A program made the position numbers and the translations under genes. DNA of 61,268 bases from positions 1-61,268 of IMG/VR virus record IMGVR_UViG_3300036791_000423. The stretch is one strand, 5' to 3'. The notes below the pieces were generated by a model. It searched no databases, had not been told where the DNA came from, and saw only the letters and a list, made by a program, of their open reading frames with translations. This document shows, in pieces, positions 27,397 through 36,206 of the stretch. The stretch is from a virus. Its lineage: Duplodnaviria > Caudoviricetes. Position 1 is the stretch's first letter; every line of letters begins with the position of its first letter.

Positions 27397-28517
27397 GCAG
27401 GCTTGGCATAGCGGAGTGACGTTGAGCATAGTCAAGCGAAGCAGGCAATACAGTGCTAAGCTCGGCTGACTATGCTATGACCAGCGAAGCAGGCAGTGCA
27501 TAACCTAGCGACACCCGGCGTGGCAAAGCGCTATCAGCAAATCAATGCGTTGCAGGCTTAGCCTTCCAAGCCAAGCACGGATCATCACAGCGTAGTTATG
27601 CTCTGTCAAACCAAAGCAGGCCGAGCACTGCCCAGCATGCCTCGGCAAACATGGCGGTGCATATCCATGCTAAGCTGAGCAGGCTATGCGAAGCCACGTT
27701 GTTCTGTGCGGAGAGGAGCATGTCAAAGCACGGCTCGACCATGCAGGCGTAGCCCAGCTAGGCCGAGTGGAGCACGGCTTGGCGCATTCCTAGTTGAGCA
27801 AAGCTGAGCAGAGCTGGCGAGGCATTGCTAGGCTAAGCCTTGGCATCAAAGCACAGCAAGGCAATGCCTAGCAGGCCGAGCTTGGCTTAGCCGATTGGTG
27901 CGGTGCGCGGCATAGCGGAGCAGGCTAAGCTTGACAAATCCTAGCAAGACAGAGTCAAGCGGCGTCTGGTGGAGCCCAGCAAGGCAAGCAATGCGGTGCT
28001 TTCCGGAGCGCTGCAAAGCCCGATAGGTCTCAGCGATGCAGGCGAAGCGGAACGCTGCCAAGCTTTGCCAGACATTGCGACGCGTAGCAGGCACAGCCTT
28101 GCTAAGCGAATCCCGGCACTAACCAGCCTAGCACAGCAGGCCCAGCCCAGCGTACCGAATCGTTGCCCGGTGCTGCATACCAGTGTTCTGCAAAGCGAAG
28201 CTATACAAAGCAGGCATAGCCAAGTTGCACGCACCATTGCTGTGTTCAGCACACATATCGTAGCAAAGCAGGCTCCGCAGTTAAGCGCCTTCGGCATTGT
28301 AAAGCTCTGCATGACCTAATCCAAGCGGTGCAGTGCCCAGCGGAGCAGGCTAAGCCAAATCGCTCGAGACTAAGCAAAGCTTGCCGGAGCACAGATGAGC
28401 GAAGCTGTGCAGGCGTAGCGAAGCGCGATATAGTAAAGGGTGCTTTGCCGAACGGCGCAATGCCGAGCAGGCTAAGCGAAGCGTACAAAAAGCCTAGCTT
28501 AACACTGCTTAGCAGGC
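27397..28517 (+). ncRNA. pentamer-periodic putative guide-RNA array, block 2 (19 units)
   Basis: AGGC delimiters at 27399, 27443, 27491, 27554, 27618, 27681, 27745, 27815 (TGGC), 27873, 27922, 27986 (AAGC), 28040, 28089, 28138, 28212, 28270, 28347, 28411, 28469, 28514. Confidence 0.8.
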
Positions 28518-28519
28518 AC

Positions 28520-28555
28520 AAAAAAGGCGTTGGACCGGGAGGCTGGCCCAACGCC
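28520..28555 (-). terminator. intrinsic terminator of the late operon, facing the array
   Basis: GGCGTTGG...CCAACGCC stem preceded on the + strand by A6 (a U-tract on the - strand). Confidence 0.7.
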
Positions 28556-28814
28556 AAGTTTACAACAGGAGAAAGCTACTACCGCAGCCTATCGCACTGG
28601 CGTTCAAACGAAGCAGCGTACATTTGAACACCAGCCGCGATTCCGTATAAGAAGACTGCCTGCCATTGCAGCACCGCGCGTTGCCAAGCAAGTGGTAAGC
28701 TGTCTTCGGTTATTTGATTATTACTGACAAGCTTTAGACTAGCACCCATGTCAGCATCCTTTGCATATGTTCGGTGGTGGTGGTTCCGCCGGTGGCAGTG
28801 CAGGGAATTGGCTG

Positions 28815-29057
28815 CTATGGTCGAATGGCGTGAAAGGGAGGTCCGGCTCCTACCAGACAACCAAGTAAGCCGAAGATCAAATATACAATCATGATGGCGA
28901 CTATCGCCCACAGAATTATCATGATGATTTGACCGACAATTGGAGATACAAGACCGCTCAGAAACGGCACTAGTAGCTTGATGCAAGCAACGATTGCTCC
29001 AACTATGATCACCCAAATGATCAATTGCTCCAGAAACCCAAGAGTAAAACACGCCAT
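28815..29057 (-). CDS. holin-like membrane protein
   Basis: 80 aa, two hydrophobic segments, directly after the endolysin. Confidence 0.55.
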   Translation of the reverse strand: MACFTLGFLEQLIIWVIIVGAIVACIKLLVPFLSGLVSPIVGQIIMIILWAIVAIMIVYLIFGLLGCLVGAGPPFHAIRP

Positions 29058-29068
29058 GGCTTTTCTCC

Positions 29069-30190
29069 CTATTCAAACTTCCAGTCTACTTGCCCCATGC
29101 CGTCGATATCCAAAAGCTTGGCCAGCGCTGGCGATAGATCGATACCGGCACCATTGGTTGTTTCGCCCTGCATATCGGTTCCGCTTTCTGCCTGCGGCCG
29201 TTTGCCGGTTTGCCAATATGGATCATCGGTATTCCATGGTCCAACATCTTCGATAGTTGCTAATACGCTGACGCCAGCACTGTTGAACACCCGGACATTT
29301 GGCCGCTCGCCTTCAATGCGATCAGGCAATGCGACATAGAGATCGGTGTCGTTGAGCACCTTGTTCTCGTCGTAGGCGCTGACGTTGTAGTCGCTTGCGC
29401 CGCCGAATACAGTTGCGGTTATGCCGCATTGGTTGGCGGGAATGATTGGCGCGTTGTGAAAATCCTGACCGTTGATCGAAACAGTCACATCACCTTGCAT
29501 CTTGATTTTTAGATTGATGACATTAAGACAGCGTGTATCGCCACTGATCGGCTGGCCATTGATGATGACCGATATATCGCCCCTGACTGATCCGAGGATA
29601 TCAACCCGATTGTCACCGCTTAATTCAGGTGGCGGTTCTGGCTCGACATCGGGCGGCGGGAGATCGGCTATCTCCTTACCGCTGATCACTGACGCGATAG
29701 CCGAACAAATCTCATCAAACTTCTGGCGGTATAGATCGGCATCGGTAGATGAATCGACGAAACAAGTTTCGATCAGGATTGCCGGTTCTTCAGTATTGTT
29801 TAAAAAATAAAGATCACTGCGATACTTAGGTCCGCGATCAGTCAGATTACCGGCGTTTGCGATGGCTTCAGACAATGTCTCAGCCAAGTCTCCTTGCGTG
29901 ACGTAAAGTACTTCGCAACCCATCGGTTTTGATGTAGTCTCATAGGCGTTAAAATGCACAGATATGTCGAGATCGCGTTCTTCTGAATTATGGTAATCGA
30001 CAATGGTCTCCAGATTTTCGCTTTGCGTGGTCGATATGTCATCATGAAAAGTCTTGACACCGAGGCCATGCCGCAACAGCAGATCGGCCACCGTCTCGAC
30101 GACCAATCGCGCTTCATCGACTTCATCCAGATAGCCACTAGCACCGCGGATATGTTTTCCATGTCCAGAAGAAATGACGATTTTGCTCAT
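29069..30190 (-). CDS. endolysin: N-acetylmuramoyl-L-alanine amidase (Amidase_3) plus C-terminal DPBB/RlpA-like domain
   Basis: SSGHG...E, ISVHFNA, ILIETCFVD; C-terminal ALP...ATIEDVGP...IDLSPA. Confidence 0.85.
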   Translation of the reverse strand: MSKIVISSGHGKHIRGASGYLDEVDEARLVVETVADLLLRHGLGVKTFHDDISTTQSENLETIVDYHNSEERDLDISVHFNAYETTSKPMGCEVLYVTQGDLAETLSEAIANAGNLTDRGPKYRSDLYFLNNTEEPAILIETCFVDSSTDADLYRQKFDEICSAIASVISGKEIADLPPPDVEPEPPPELSGDNRVDILGSVRGDISVIINGQPISGDTRCLNVINLKIKMQGDVTVSINGQDFHNAPIIPANQCGITATVFGGASDYNVSAYDENKVLNDTDLYVALPDRIEGERPNVRVFNSAGVSVLATIEDVGPWNTDDPYWQTGKRPQAESGTDMQGETTNGAGIDLSPALAKLLDIDGMGQVDWKFE

Positions 30191-30436
30191 TTACTTTCCT
30201 CTCATTTCCTTGATCCGCTTGTCGGCGATATCGCGCAACTTCTTTTCGATATCATCACATGACTCAGCGGTAGAGTAGAACTTCCCATCAACCATCGATA
30301 CAACGCACCTGACTTTATCAGTAAAGTGCTTACCCGGATCGTCTGCATCCTTGGCTTCGGCGACACTGACGATGTGGCGCGGATTGAGATCAACTATACG
30401 ACCATCCAACAGCACTAAGATCAAAAAATCCAGCAC
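30191..30436 (-). CDS. small protein, FlbD-like pattern
   Basis: LDG..V.LNP.HI.SV...V.M.DGK.Y...ES..DI.KKL. Confidence 0.5.
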   Translation of the reverse strand: MLDFLILVLLDGRIVDLNPRHIVSVAEAKDADDPGKHFTDKVRCVVSMVDGKFYSTAESCDDIEKKLRDIADKRIKEMRGK

Positions 30437-30438
30437 GT

Positions 30439-30678
30439 TTACCGGCTCTGCAATAACTTGGTCAGGTCTTCGATCTGTTTTTGAAGCGCAGAAAACTGCT
30501 CTAGGGTCACATATTCCTTGGCTGGTTCAGGAGCCTTTGACGGTGGATTGAGATAGGCAACGACCTCGGGATGATCGGCAGGTAACTGCTCCTCAACAAT
30601 ATCCACTTGGGCACAACCGAACACACCGCAGACATTTCCGCCAGCATTGCGTTGCACCCACACTGTTTCCGTTGCCAT
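30439..30678 (-). CDS. small tail-fibre-associated protein
   Basis: Position after the fibre gene; GGAAGG RBS. Confidence 0.55.
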   Translation of the reverse strand: MATETVWVQRNAGGNVCGVFGCAQVDIVEEQLPADHPEVVAYLNPPSKAPEPAKEYVTLEQFSALQKQIEDLTKLLQSR

Positions 30679-30681
30679 CGT

Positions 30682-32172
30682 CTACCTTCCCCTGAAGTCC
30701 AGCCACCCAATGCCATCGGCGCGGAACAGCACACCGGCCGCCGCCGAGACGTTCGCGCTATAAAATTGCTGATTGTTGATTTTAAGCAGGATGTGCGCGC
30801 CACCAGCCGCCGTAGCCGCCGTGGCACCTTGGATCGAGACATAAGTACCAGTGTTGCTGTTAGACGCAGCGCTATCCGTCGCACATACGTTGCCGTAGGC
30901 CTGTGTAGTAACCCCTGCCTCACTGTCCTGCATGTAGATATTGAGGAAGCCCAGCACGGAGATGCCTGCGGGCATCGAGACCAGTGTTCTCAGGATCGTA
31001 GCCGCGCTCCCAGAGTTGACGCTGATGTCACCCACGGGAGCGACCCACCCGAAGTGGTCATAGAGATTGGTGACTGGCCTCCAAACCGATGAGGCGTTGA
31101 TGTACAGCGTCGCGATGCGGCGAGCCAGCGTCCAACCTGATTGCAGCGTCGGTGCTGTTGCCGAGAGCGAAAACGTTATGTCAACTGCAATCGGAGGTCC
31201 GAGCTTCTCGATCAGATGGATATGATACCAGGTGCTCGCAGCAATTGCACCAGTGTCCAACCCTCCATTTCCAGTGCCAGCCGCCCACGCGGCAGTGGTC
31301 TTGCTCATGGCAGCGGCAAGTATCATAAACGCGGCGTTGGTGCTGTCCGCCGCGACACCTGGCTGCATGGTGAGCGTGTTACCAGAAACAGATATTCCCA
31401 GTCCAGAGAGATAGTTTCTCAGGACGTACAGTGGGTGGACGTGGTCCTCGCGAGAGAAGTTAGTTGAGACACCCACCACCGCAGTTGGAGCATTGACCAG
31501 CGGCAGCGCGACACCCGGCGATCCCGCACCCGGAAGGCCTTGGATGCCTTGGGGACCTCTGATGTTTCCCTCGAGCGTCCATACTCCTCCAACTAGTGTA
31601 TAAACATCACCATTAGTCGTATTGAGATAATTGTCACCATTCAATTGTCCGGTGATCGTGCCTGGAGCGCCAGCGCCAGTATAAAACAGGCTGCCACGAA
31701 CGCCCTGAATACCTTGGATTCCCTGAGGACCGACTAGAGATATGCCCGTGGGCCACACCCCGGCTGCTCTTGGGCCATAGATGAAATTGGTCGAGGTATT
31801 GATATAAAAATCGCCGTCGATGCCGATCGCTCCGGTTGGTGCACCGGCACCGTAAAGAACAGAATTGCCGCGCGGTCCCTGTGGACCAACAATTGAAACC
31901 CCAACCGGCCAAGCACCAGCTTGCTTTGGGCCGAATAGAAAATGGGTGTTCGTATTGATATAGAAATCACCTTCTTGACCGACGCTTGGGAGCGGATCGG
32001 CCGTACCATACCAGATCGTGTTGCCATCTGTACCCGGAGTACCCTGCGGTCCCTGCGGACCAACTGGGCCTTGCTCCGGAACCTCTATGACCTCGAGCTC
32101 GGTGTCGGCCGTCACGATAACGGCATCGGCAGGCTCTGCCGTGATAACGATGCCTCCGCCGACATCAGTCAT
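30682..32172 (-). CDS. tail fibre protein with short collagen-like and repeated G.GAP...G.DGD.Y.NT modules
   Basis: Repeats in the translation; position after the baseplate genes. Confidence 0.75.
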   Translation of the reverse strand: MTDVGGGIVITAEPADAVIVTADTELEVIEVPEQGPVGPQGPQGTPGTDGNTIWYGTADPLPSVGQEGDFYINTNTHFLFGPKQAGAWPVGVSIVGPQGPRGNSVLYGAGAPTGAIGIDGDFYINTSTNFIYGPRAAGVWPTGISLVGPQGIQGIQGVRGSLFYTGAGAPGTITGQLNGDNYLNTTNGDVYTLVGGVWTLEGNIRGPQGIQGLPGAGSPGVALPLVNAPTAVVGVSTNFSREDHVHPLYVLRNYLSGLGISVSGNTLTMQPGVAADSTNAAFMILAAAMSKTTAAWAAGTGNGGLDTGAIAASTWYHIHLIEKLGPPIAVDITFSLSATAPTLQSGWTLARRIATLYINASSVWRPVTNLYDHFGWVAPVGDISVNSGSAATILRTLVSMPAGISVLGFLNIYMQDSEAGVTTQAYGNVCATDSAASNSNTGTYVSIQGATAATAAGGAHILLKINNQQFYSANVSAAAGVLFRADGIGWLDFRGR

Positions 32173-32525
32173 GTGTTCGTCCCTCGGCTCGGACCGGCAT
32201 TGTTGGTCAGAGAGCCCGACCAAATCCTAAGATGCTGTTCACCATTTATACGGATCAACGAGTGCACATAATCTCCGAGAGGAAGCTGTTGGAGTTGCTC
32301 ATAAGTAATGGTCAACGTGAATGCTCCGCTTGGCGGACTGGTGATAGTCAAACCGCCGTTCTCCGTCGTGAGCAACAGGTCCTCAGTGACATCTGTCGCC
32401 TGTCGTCGGATACCCATTCGCATCGTGTTGCCACCGAGATCGATGGGCAACCCGGTTTGATCACGATAGATAAAGCCGCGCACGAAGTCGGCGTCATTCT
32501 CGCAGGTGATATCACAGATAGCCAT
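32169..32525 (-). CDS. tail/baseplate-associated protein
   Basis: Beta-rich ORF between two fibre genes. Confidence 0.6.
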   Translation of the reverse strand: MAICDITCENDADFVRGFIYRDQTGLPIDLGGNTMRMGIRRQATDVTEDLLLTTENGGLTITSPPSGAFTLTITYEQLQQLPLGDYVHSLIRINGEQHLRIWSGSLTNNAGPSRGTNT

Positions 32526-32531
32526 GTCGTG

Positions 32532-33827
32532 TCACCCGTTATATTGGCCACCACTCTCAGTGGTACCGGCGATCGTGCCGGGGTAAAAGTTCACTCCTAA
32601 ATTCAGAGCTGTGATGACGCCATTAAGATTGGCATCGAATTTCTTGCCGGTCACGTATGACGGGTTGACGAACACCACATTGCCTTGACCCGCGCCCGGA
32701 GTGCCAGCCGTAGCTCCAGCACCGGCGGAGATGAAGTCGTTGATATTGATCGGATTGGCAAACGTGTGCGTGCCGTTAAGAGTAATAAAACCACCATAGG
32801 TACTCCACACCGCCAGCAGTGCTGATGAGCCGCGATAGGTGTGGTTGTTGCTTGATATGACGCCACCCGAGGCATAGAACACACCTCCTGTCACAACGTC
32901 ACTGCCGGTGTTATTGCAGATCATGGTCGCATTGCTGCCACAAACAAAGCCACCATAGTTACCTCCGGCCCCAGAGTTGGTCACCGAGATATCATTGACC
33001 GTCATGACGTTCGGGCCACCGAGGCCGAGCGTATGGTTGGCACCGCCGTTGATCATTGTGGTCGCATTACCGGCACCTTGAATGATCAGAGACGGACCAG
33101 AATAACTTGGAGTTGCCACAGCTTCATTGTAGGTTCCGGCAGCAACATGGATAGTGATCTGGAATTGGCTCGGCGCATAATTGAACGCAGTATTGACACC
33201 TTTTTGAATTGTCTTAAATGGACCATGAACTCCACTGACCGCGGCCGTCGTGCCATCATAGAGCGTGTCGCTACCGGTCGAGGCATTGACATAGATGTCA
33301 ATGTTAGCCGTCGGTCTCGTGACAATGTTAGGTGGAATAACGGCACCAGCACCTGAAACAGTACCGGTCTGAAAGTTGACGCCGTCACATCTGAGCTGGA
33401 CAATATCGCCAATCGCCCATTCGCCTCCGGCCAACGGCACACCGCCGCTTTTGATGATCGGCGCAAATCCTATCCCGTTGAAGTTTACTGTTGAGGGTCC
33501 GGTCGGCGCATTTTTCATCTTTACGAAATAGACATTCCCGGCCTTGTATGTACCGGGATTTGGGTTAAGTGTAGCCACCACTGTGTTAGCCACGCCAGAC
33601 GTATCCACGCCATAACAAATTGCGCCGCTCTGTATGGCTTTGGCCAGTTGAACCAAATCTGAATTATTTGGCGTAAGATTACCAGCGTTGATCAGCGCAA
33701 CAATTTCACGTTGTGGATATTCGATACTAGCCGCCGGAGGGATCGATCCGGGCCTACCAACGGACGGATCACCATTGATATAACCAGCGTTTGGATCAGT
33801 GACGCCATAGGGTTGATTGTACTGCAT
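32532..33827 (-). CDS. tail fibre/spike protein with beta-helix-like C-terminus
   Basis: IYVNASTGSD...GPFKTIQK.V...I.VAAGTY.E motif; follows the baseplate wedge genes. Confidence 0.75.
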   Translation of the reverse strand: MQYNQPYGVTDPNAGYINGDPSVGRPGSIPPAASIEYPQREIVALINAGNLTPNNSDLVQLAKAIQSGAICYGVDTSGVANTVVATLNPNPGTYKAGNVYFVKMKNAPTGPSTVNFNGIGFAPIIKSGGVPLAGGEWAIGDIVQLRCDGVNFQTGTVSGAGAVIPPNIVTRPTANIDIYVNASTGSDTLYDGTTAAVSGVHGPFKTIQKGVNTAFNYAPSQFQITIHVAAGTYNEAVATPSYSGPSLIIQGAGNATTMINGGANHTLGLGGPNVMTVNDISVTNSGAGGNYGGFVCGSNATMICNNTGSDVVTGGVFYASGGVISSNNHTYRGSSALLAVWSTYGGFITLNGTHTFANPININDFISAGAGATAGTPGAGQGNVVFVNPSYVTGKKFDANLNGVITALNLGVNFYPGTIAGTTESGGQYNG

Positions 33828-33842
33828 GGTTTGATCCTGTCT

Positions 33843-34622
33843 TTACGGTGTCCCTGCCATGGGATCATCCGGAGTTAAGCCAGAGTAGTCATAAACAATT
33901 TCAGTATGAGCTGGTTTCCAGCGAGCCAAGATGCACTCTAGGTCCTGAGCGTGAACAATTGTCAGATGTGGATTGACACCAGTCTGACCGCCACCACTAC
34001 CACATCTGAACCAAATCAGCGGTGCTTCATGAACATGAACCGTCCAATAGTAGCGGTTCTCTGGAGGTCCCAATCCATAGTTGGGATACTCTGAAATCTC
34101 GCCACTGGCCACCCTGTCACCGTTTGGATTGCAGATTGGCAAATATCCACGAACGAACATATCGCTGAACATCGGATTTGTACCATCGCCGGTAACACGA
34201 TTATCGCCACAGCGATCCAGCCCAACCATAAACGGACGATATTCAGTAATCGATATATTGTAACCAAGCGACGCGGCAAAGTTGATATAGAACTGTCTCG
34301 ATTGAGAACCAAGCATAGTCATACGCTGAACCAATGCAGTCTGTCGTGCCCCAATAGACTGCGGAGCAGAGTAACATGGATCAGGCAATCCCCAATTTCG
34401 CTCCCAATCAGGAAGCAATTCCAACGTAATCCTTGGATCACTTTCCTGTTCTAAAAGATCAGCGGCCCTGCTGTCAACAAATCCCCAATACTCACAGAGA
34501 CCGTCACATGTCTGCCATAGCACTGCCGTGGAACGCTTTGGCCAAGCCTGACCATTGGGCAGCAGAGAAAGAAAGGCTTCCCGATAATCACTGCCCGATC
34601 TGCGGACATGACGATCACTCAT
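33843..34622 (-). CDS. baseplate wedge protein, Mu gp48-like
   Basis: LLP.G.AW, LLPDWER..GLPD.C, KPAHT. Confidence 0.85.
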   Translation of the reverse strand: MSDRHVRRSGSDYREAFLSLLPNGQAWPKRSTAVLWQTCDGLCEYWGFVDSRAADLLEQESDPRITLELLPDWERNWGLPDPCYSAPQSIGARQTALVQRMTMLGSQSRQFYINFAASLGYNISITEYRPFMVGLDRCGDNRVTGDGTNPMFSDMFVRGYLPICNPNGDRVASGEISEYPNYGLGPPENRYYWTVHVHEAPLIWFRCGSGGGQTGVNPHLTIVHAQDLECILARWKPAHTEIVYDYSGLTPDDPMAGTP

Positions 34623-35694
34623 AGGCAATTGTCCCCAACACTGCCATACTACCGGGATTATCCATCACAAAATCTTCGTTGGATATCAGATCAAATGATA
34701 TCACTGATGGAGCGTTCATGATCGCGTAGTTGATCCAAGATGCAAAAATGGTCTGGTCAGGTGCAGCCTTAACTAAAAGCATATTGTGCAATGAGAGTTC
34801 AATTTCAGCCTGAGCTTCTGTAGTATTGGGCACAAGACTTGCAATCGTAACATCCATAAATTGCTTGATCGGTGCGACCACATAGCAATCCTTGACCGTC
34901 ACTGGCCTCATCTTGTCGATATAATCGGCCACAGTGATTATGTCTGCGGGAGTGGGCCACCCGTCATCATCAGCCCTCAAATCATCCATCAAAAACCTTA
35001 TGGTCATGGTCCCAATACCCATTTCATTGGGACTGGACCAAGCTCGCGTAACTCCAGGTACAGCCAATGCCCACTGTTCATAATCAGTTGCATCGCCGCC
35101 CATGGGTGGTTGCTGAATGCGCCGCAAGATGCGAGTGCGCAACTCATCATCGGTCTCTGTATCCGCACCACCATCCATCGTGATCACGGTCACCTGACCA
35201 TCTACACCGGGAGGCGGGATCAAGAAGGCAAGTGAGTCTTCAGACTGCAAGTTACCGACTGTTCCGGGTACTAATGAAGTCACTGGAACTATGGTTGGAC
35301 CAGAACCTACCACCGTCATATCGGTGATTTGATAAGTCGCGTTCTGACCAGCTCCCAGAAGAGCACCGGCAGGGATAGGACTCCCATTTAAGCCAGTGGC
35401 CGTCACTGTACCAGTGGCCATGGTGGCTTGCTTCCTGCCAGTAGTCCCATCGGCATTGACTAACCAAATATTGCCGTGCCGATCCAGCCACTCTGTCTCT
35501 GCAGTATCAGGAAGCAATTGGAGCGCCAACCAATCTATATACTCAAGCGTTAAAAAACAGAGCGCGCCCTGATTGTCGCTCATGACCCGCAGCACGCTGT
35601 TCGGGATGGTCGCGTCACTGCCCGAAAGCGAACCGTGGACGCTGTCCCTTACCAGCGATCTGACTTCCCTCAGCGTAGGAGTGTTCCAAGGCAT
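34615..35694 (-). CDS. baseplate J-like protein (Mu gp47-like)
   Basis: LLPDTA..EWLDRH, GGAD.ETDDELR.R, GG..DY..WAL.VPGVTRAW. Confidence 0.9.
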   Translation of the reverse strand: MPWNTPTLREVRSLVRDSVHGSLSGSDATIPNSVLRVMSDNQGALCFLTLEYIDWLALQLLPDTAETEWLDRHGNIWLVNADGTTGRKQATMATGTVTATGLNGSPIPAGALLGAGQNATYQITDMTVVGSGPTIVPVTSLVPGTVGNLQSEDSLAFLIPPPGVDGQVTVITMDGGADTETDDELRTRILRRIQQPPMGGDATDYEQWALAVPGVTRAWSSPNEMGIGTMTIRFLMDDLRADDDGWPTPADIITVADYIDKMRPVTVKDCYVVAPIKQFMDVTIASLVPNTTEAQAEIELSLHNMLLVKAAPDQTIFASWINYAIMNAPSVISFDLISNEDFVMDNPGSMAVLGTIAYE

Positions 35695-36206
35695 TACGGC
35701 ATGATCCCTTGCCAAAGCATTTGATACATTAGATCGATGGCAGCGCGTGGTCCTCGATAAATCCGAACAACGCAATCCAACTGTTGCTTGCTGACTCTCA
35801 TCGAAAGAATTTGGTAACGACTGGCAATCTTTTGATCAACAAATGGCTGGATGGCATCTCTGATATAGTTCATCGCCCAGCTCTGAGTATTGCCAAACTT
35901 CGCTTGCGTCGATTCCAGCGCACTGCGTCGAAGTAACCATAGTTTTGTTCCAATTGGCCAAGCGTTCCAGATTACATCCCCGTCAAAATCACCCCACCAG
36001 CCTTCTCTGTTGGTGCTGTCCGGGTCCGGCAATCTATCATCTTCGCTTGCCAATGCATCAGTACCAAGCGCGACCACGACCGCAGTGGCTAATGCCATGC
36101 TATCGTCAAGCTCTCCATTCGGCAGCAACACCCAATCGATCGTCACCGAGTATTTTGGGAACTGGGTATTTTGAACGGTCCTGATGTCTACTGGAAGCGT
36201 GGTCAT
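35694..36206 (-). CDS. baseplate protein, Mu gp46-like
   Basis: L.TAV...L.TD..A...GWWGD...G.KLWLL.R. Confidence 0.85.
   Translation of the reverse strand: MTTLPVDIRTVQNTQFPKYSVTIDWVLLPNGELDDSMALATAVVVALGTDALASEDDRLPDPDSTNREGWWGDFDGDVIWNAWPIGTKLWLLRRSALESTQAKFGNTQSWAMNYIRDAIQPFVDQKIASRYQILSMRVSKQQLDCVVRIYRGPRAAIDLMYQMLWQGIMP

Noticed and set aside
25919-28517. Classical CRISPR array
   Set aside because: The only exact repeat is 6 nt (GCAGGC), there is no 23-47 nt direct repeat, and the intervening sequence is itself 5-nt periodic.
25919-28517. Simple degenerate microsatellite or pentapeptide-repeat gene
   Set aside because: The period is 5 nt, not a multiple of 3; variation is concentrated in two positions; regular 4-nt punctuation is not expected from slippage. 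One short ATGGC x4 run (26285-26304) may be slippage.
25919-28517. Self-targets of the NN strings within this window
   Set aside because: A gapped search cannot be done reliably by eye; none is claimed.
26246-28627. Many short ORFs on both strands over the array
   Set aside because: They overlap in conflicting frames, have biased A/L/R/C/S composition and lack clear RBSs; they are by-products of the pentamer pattern. Only 27222-27395 was kept.
30682-33827. Diversity-generating retroelement or invertible tail-fibre cassette
   Set aside because: No reverse transcriptase, invertase or template/variable repeat pair was seen.
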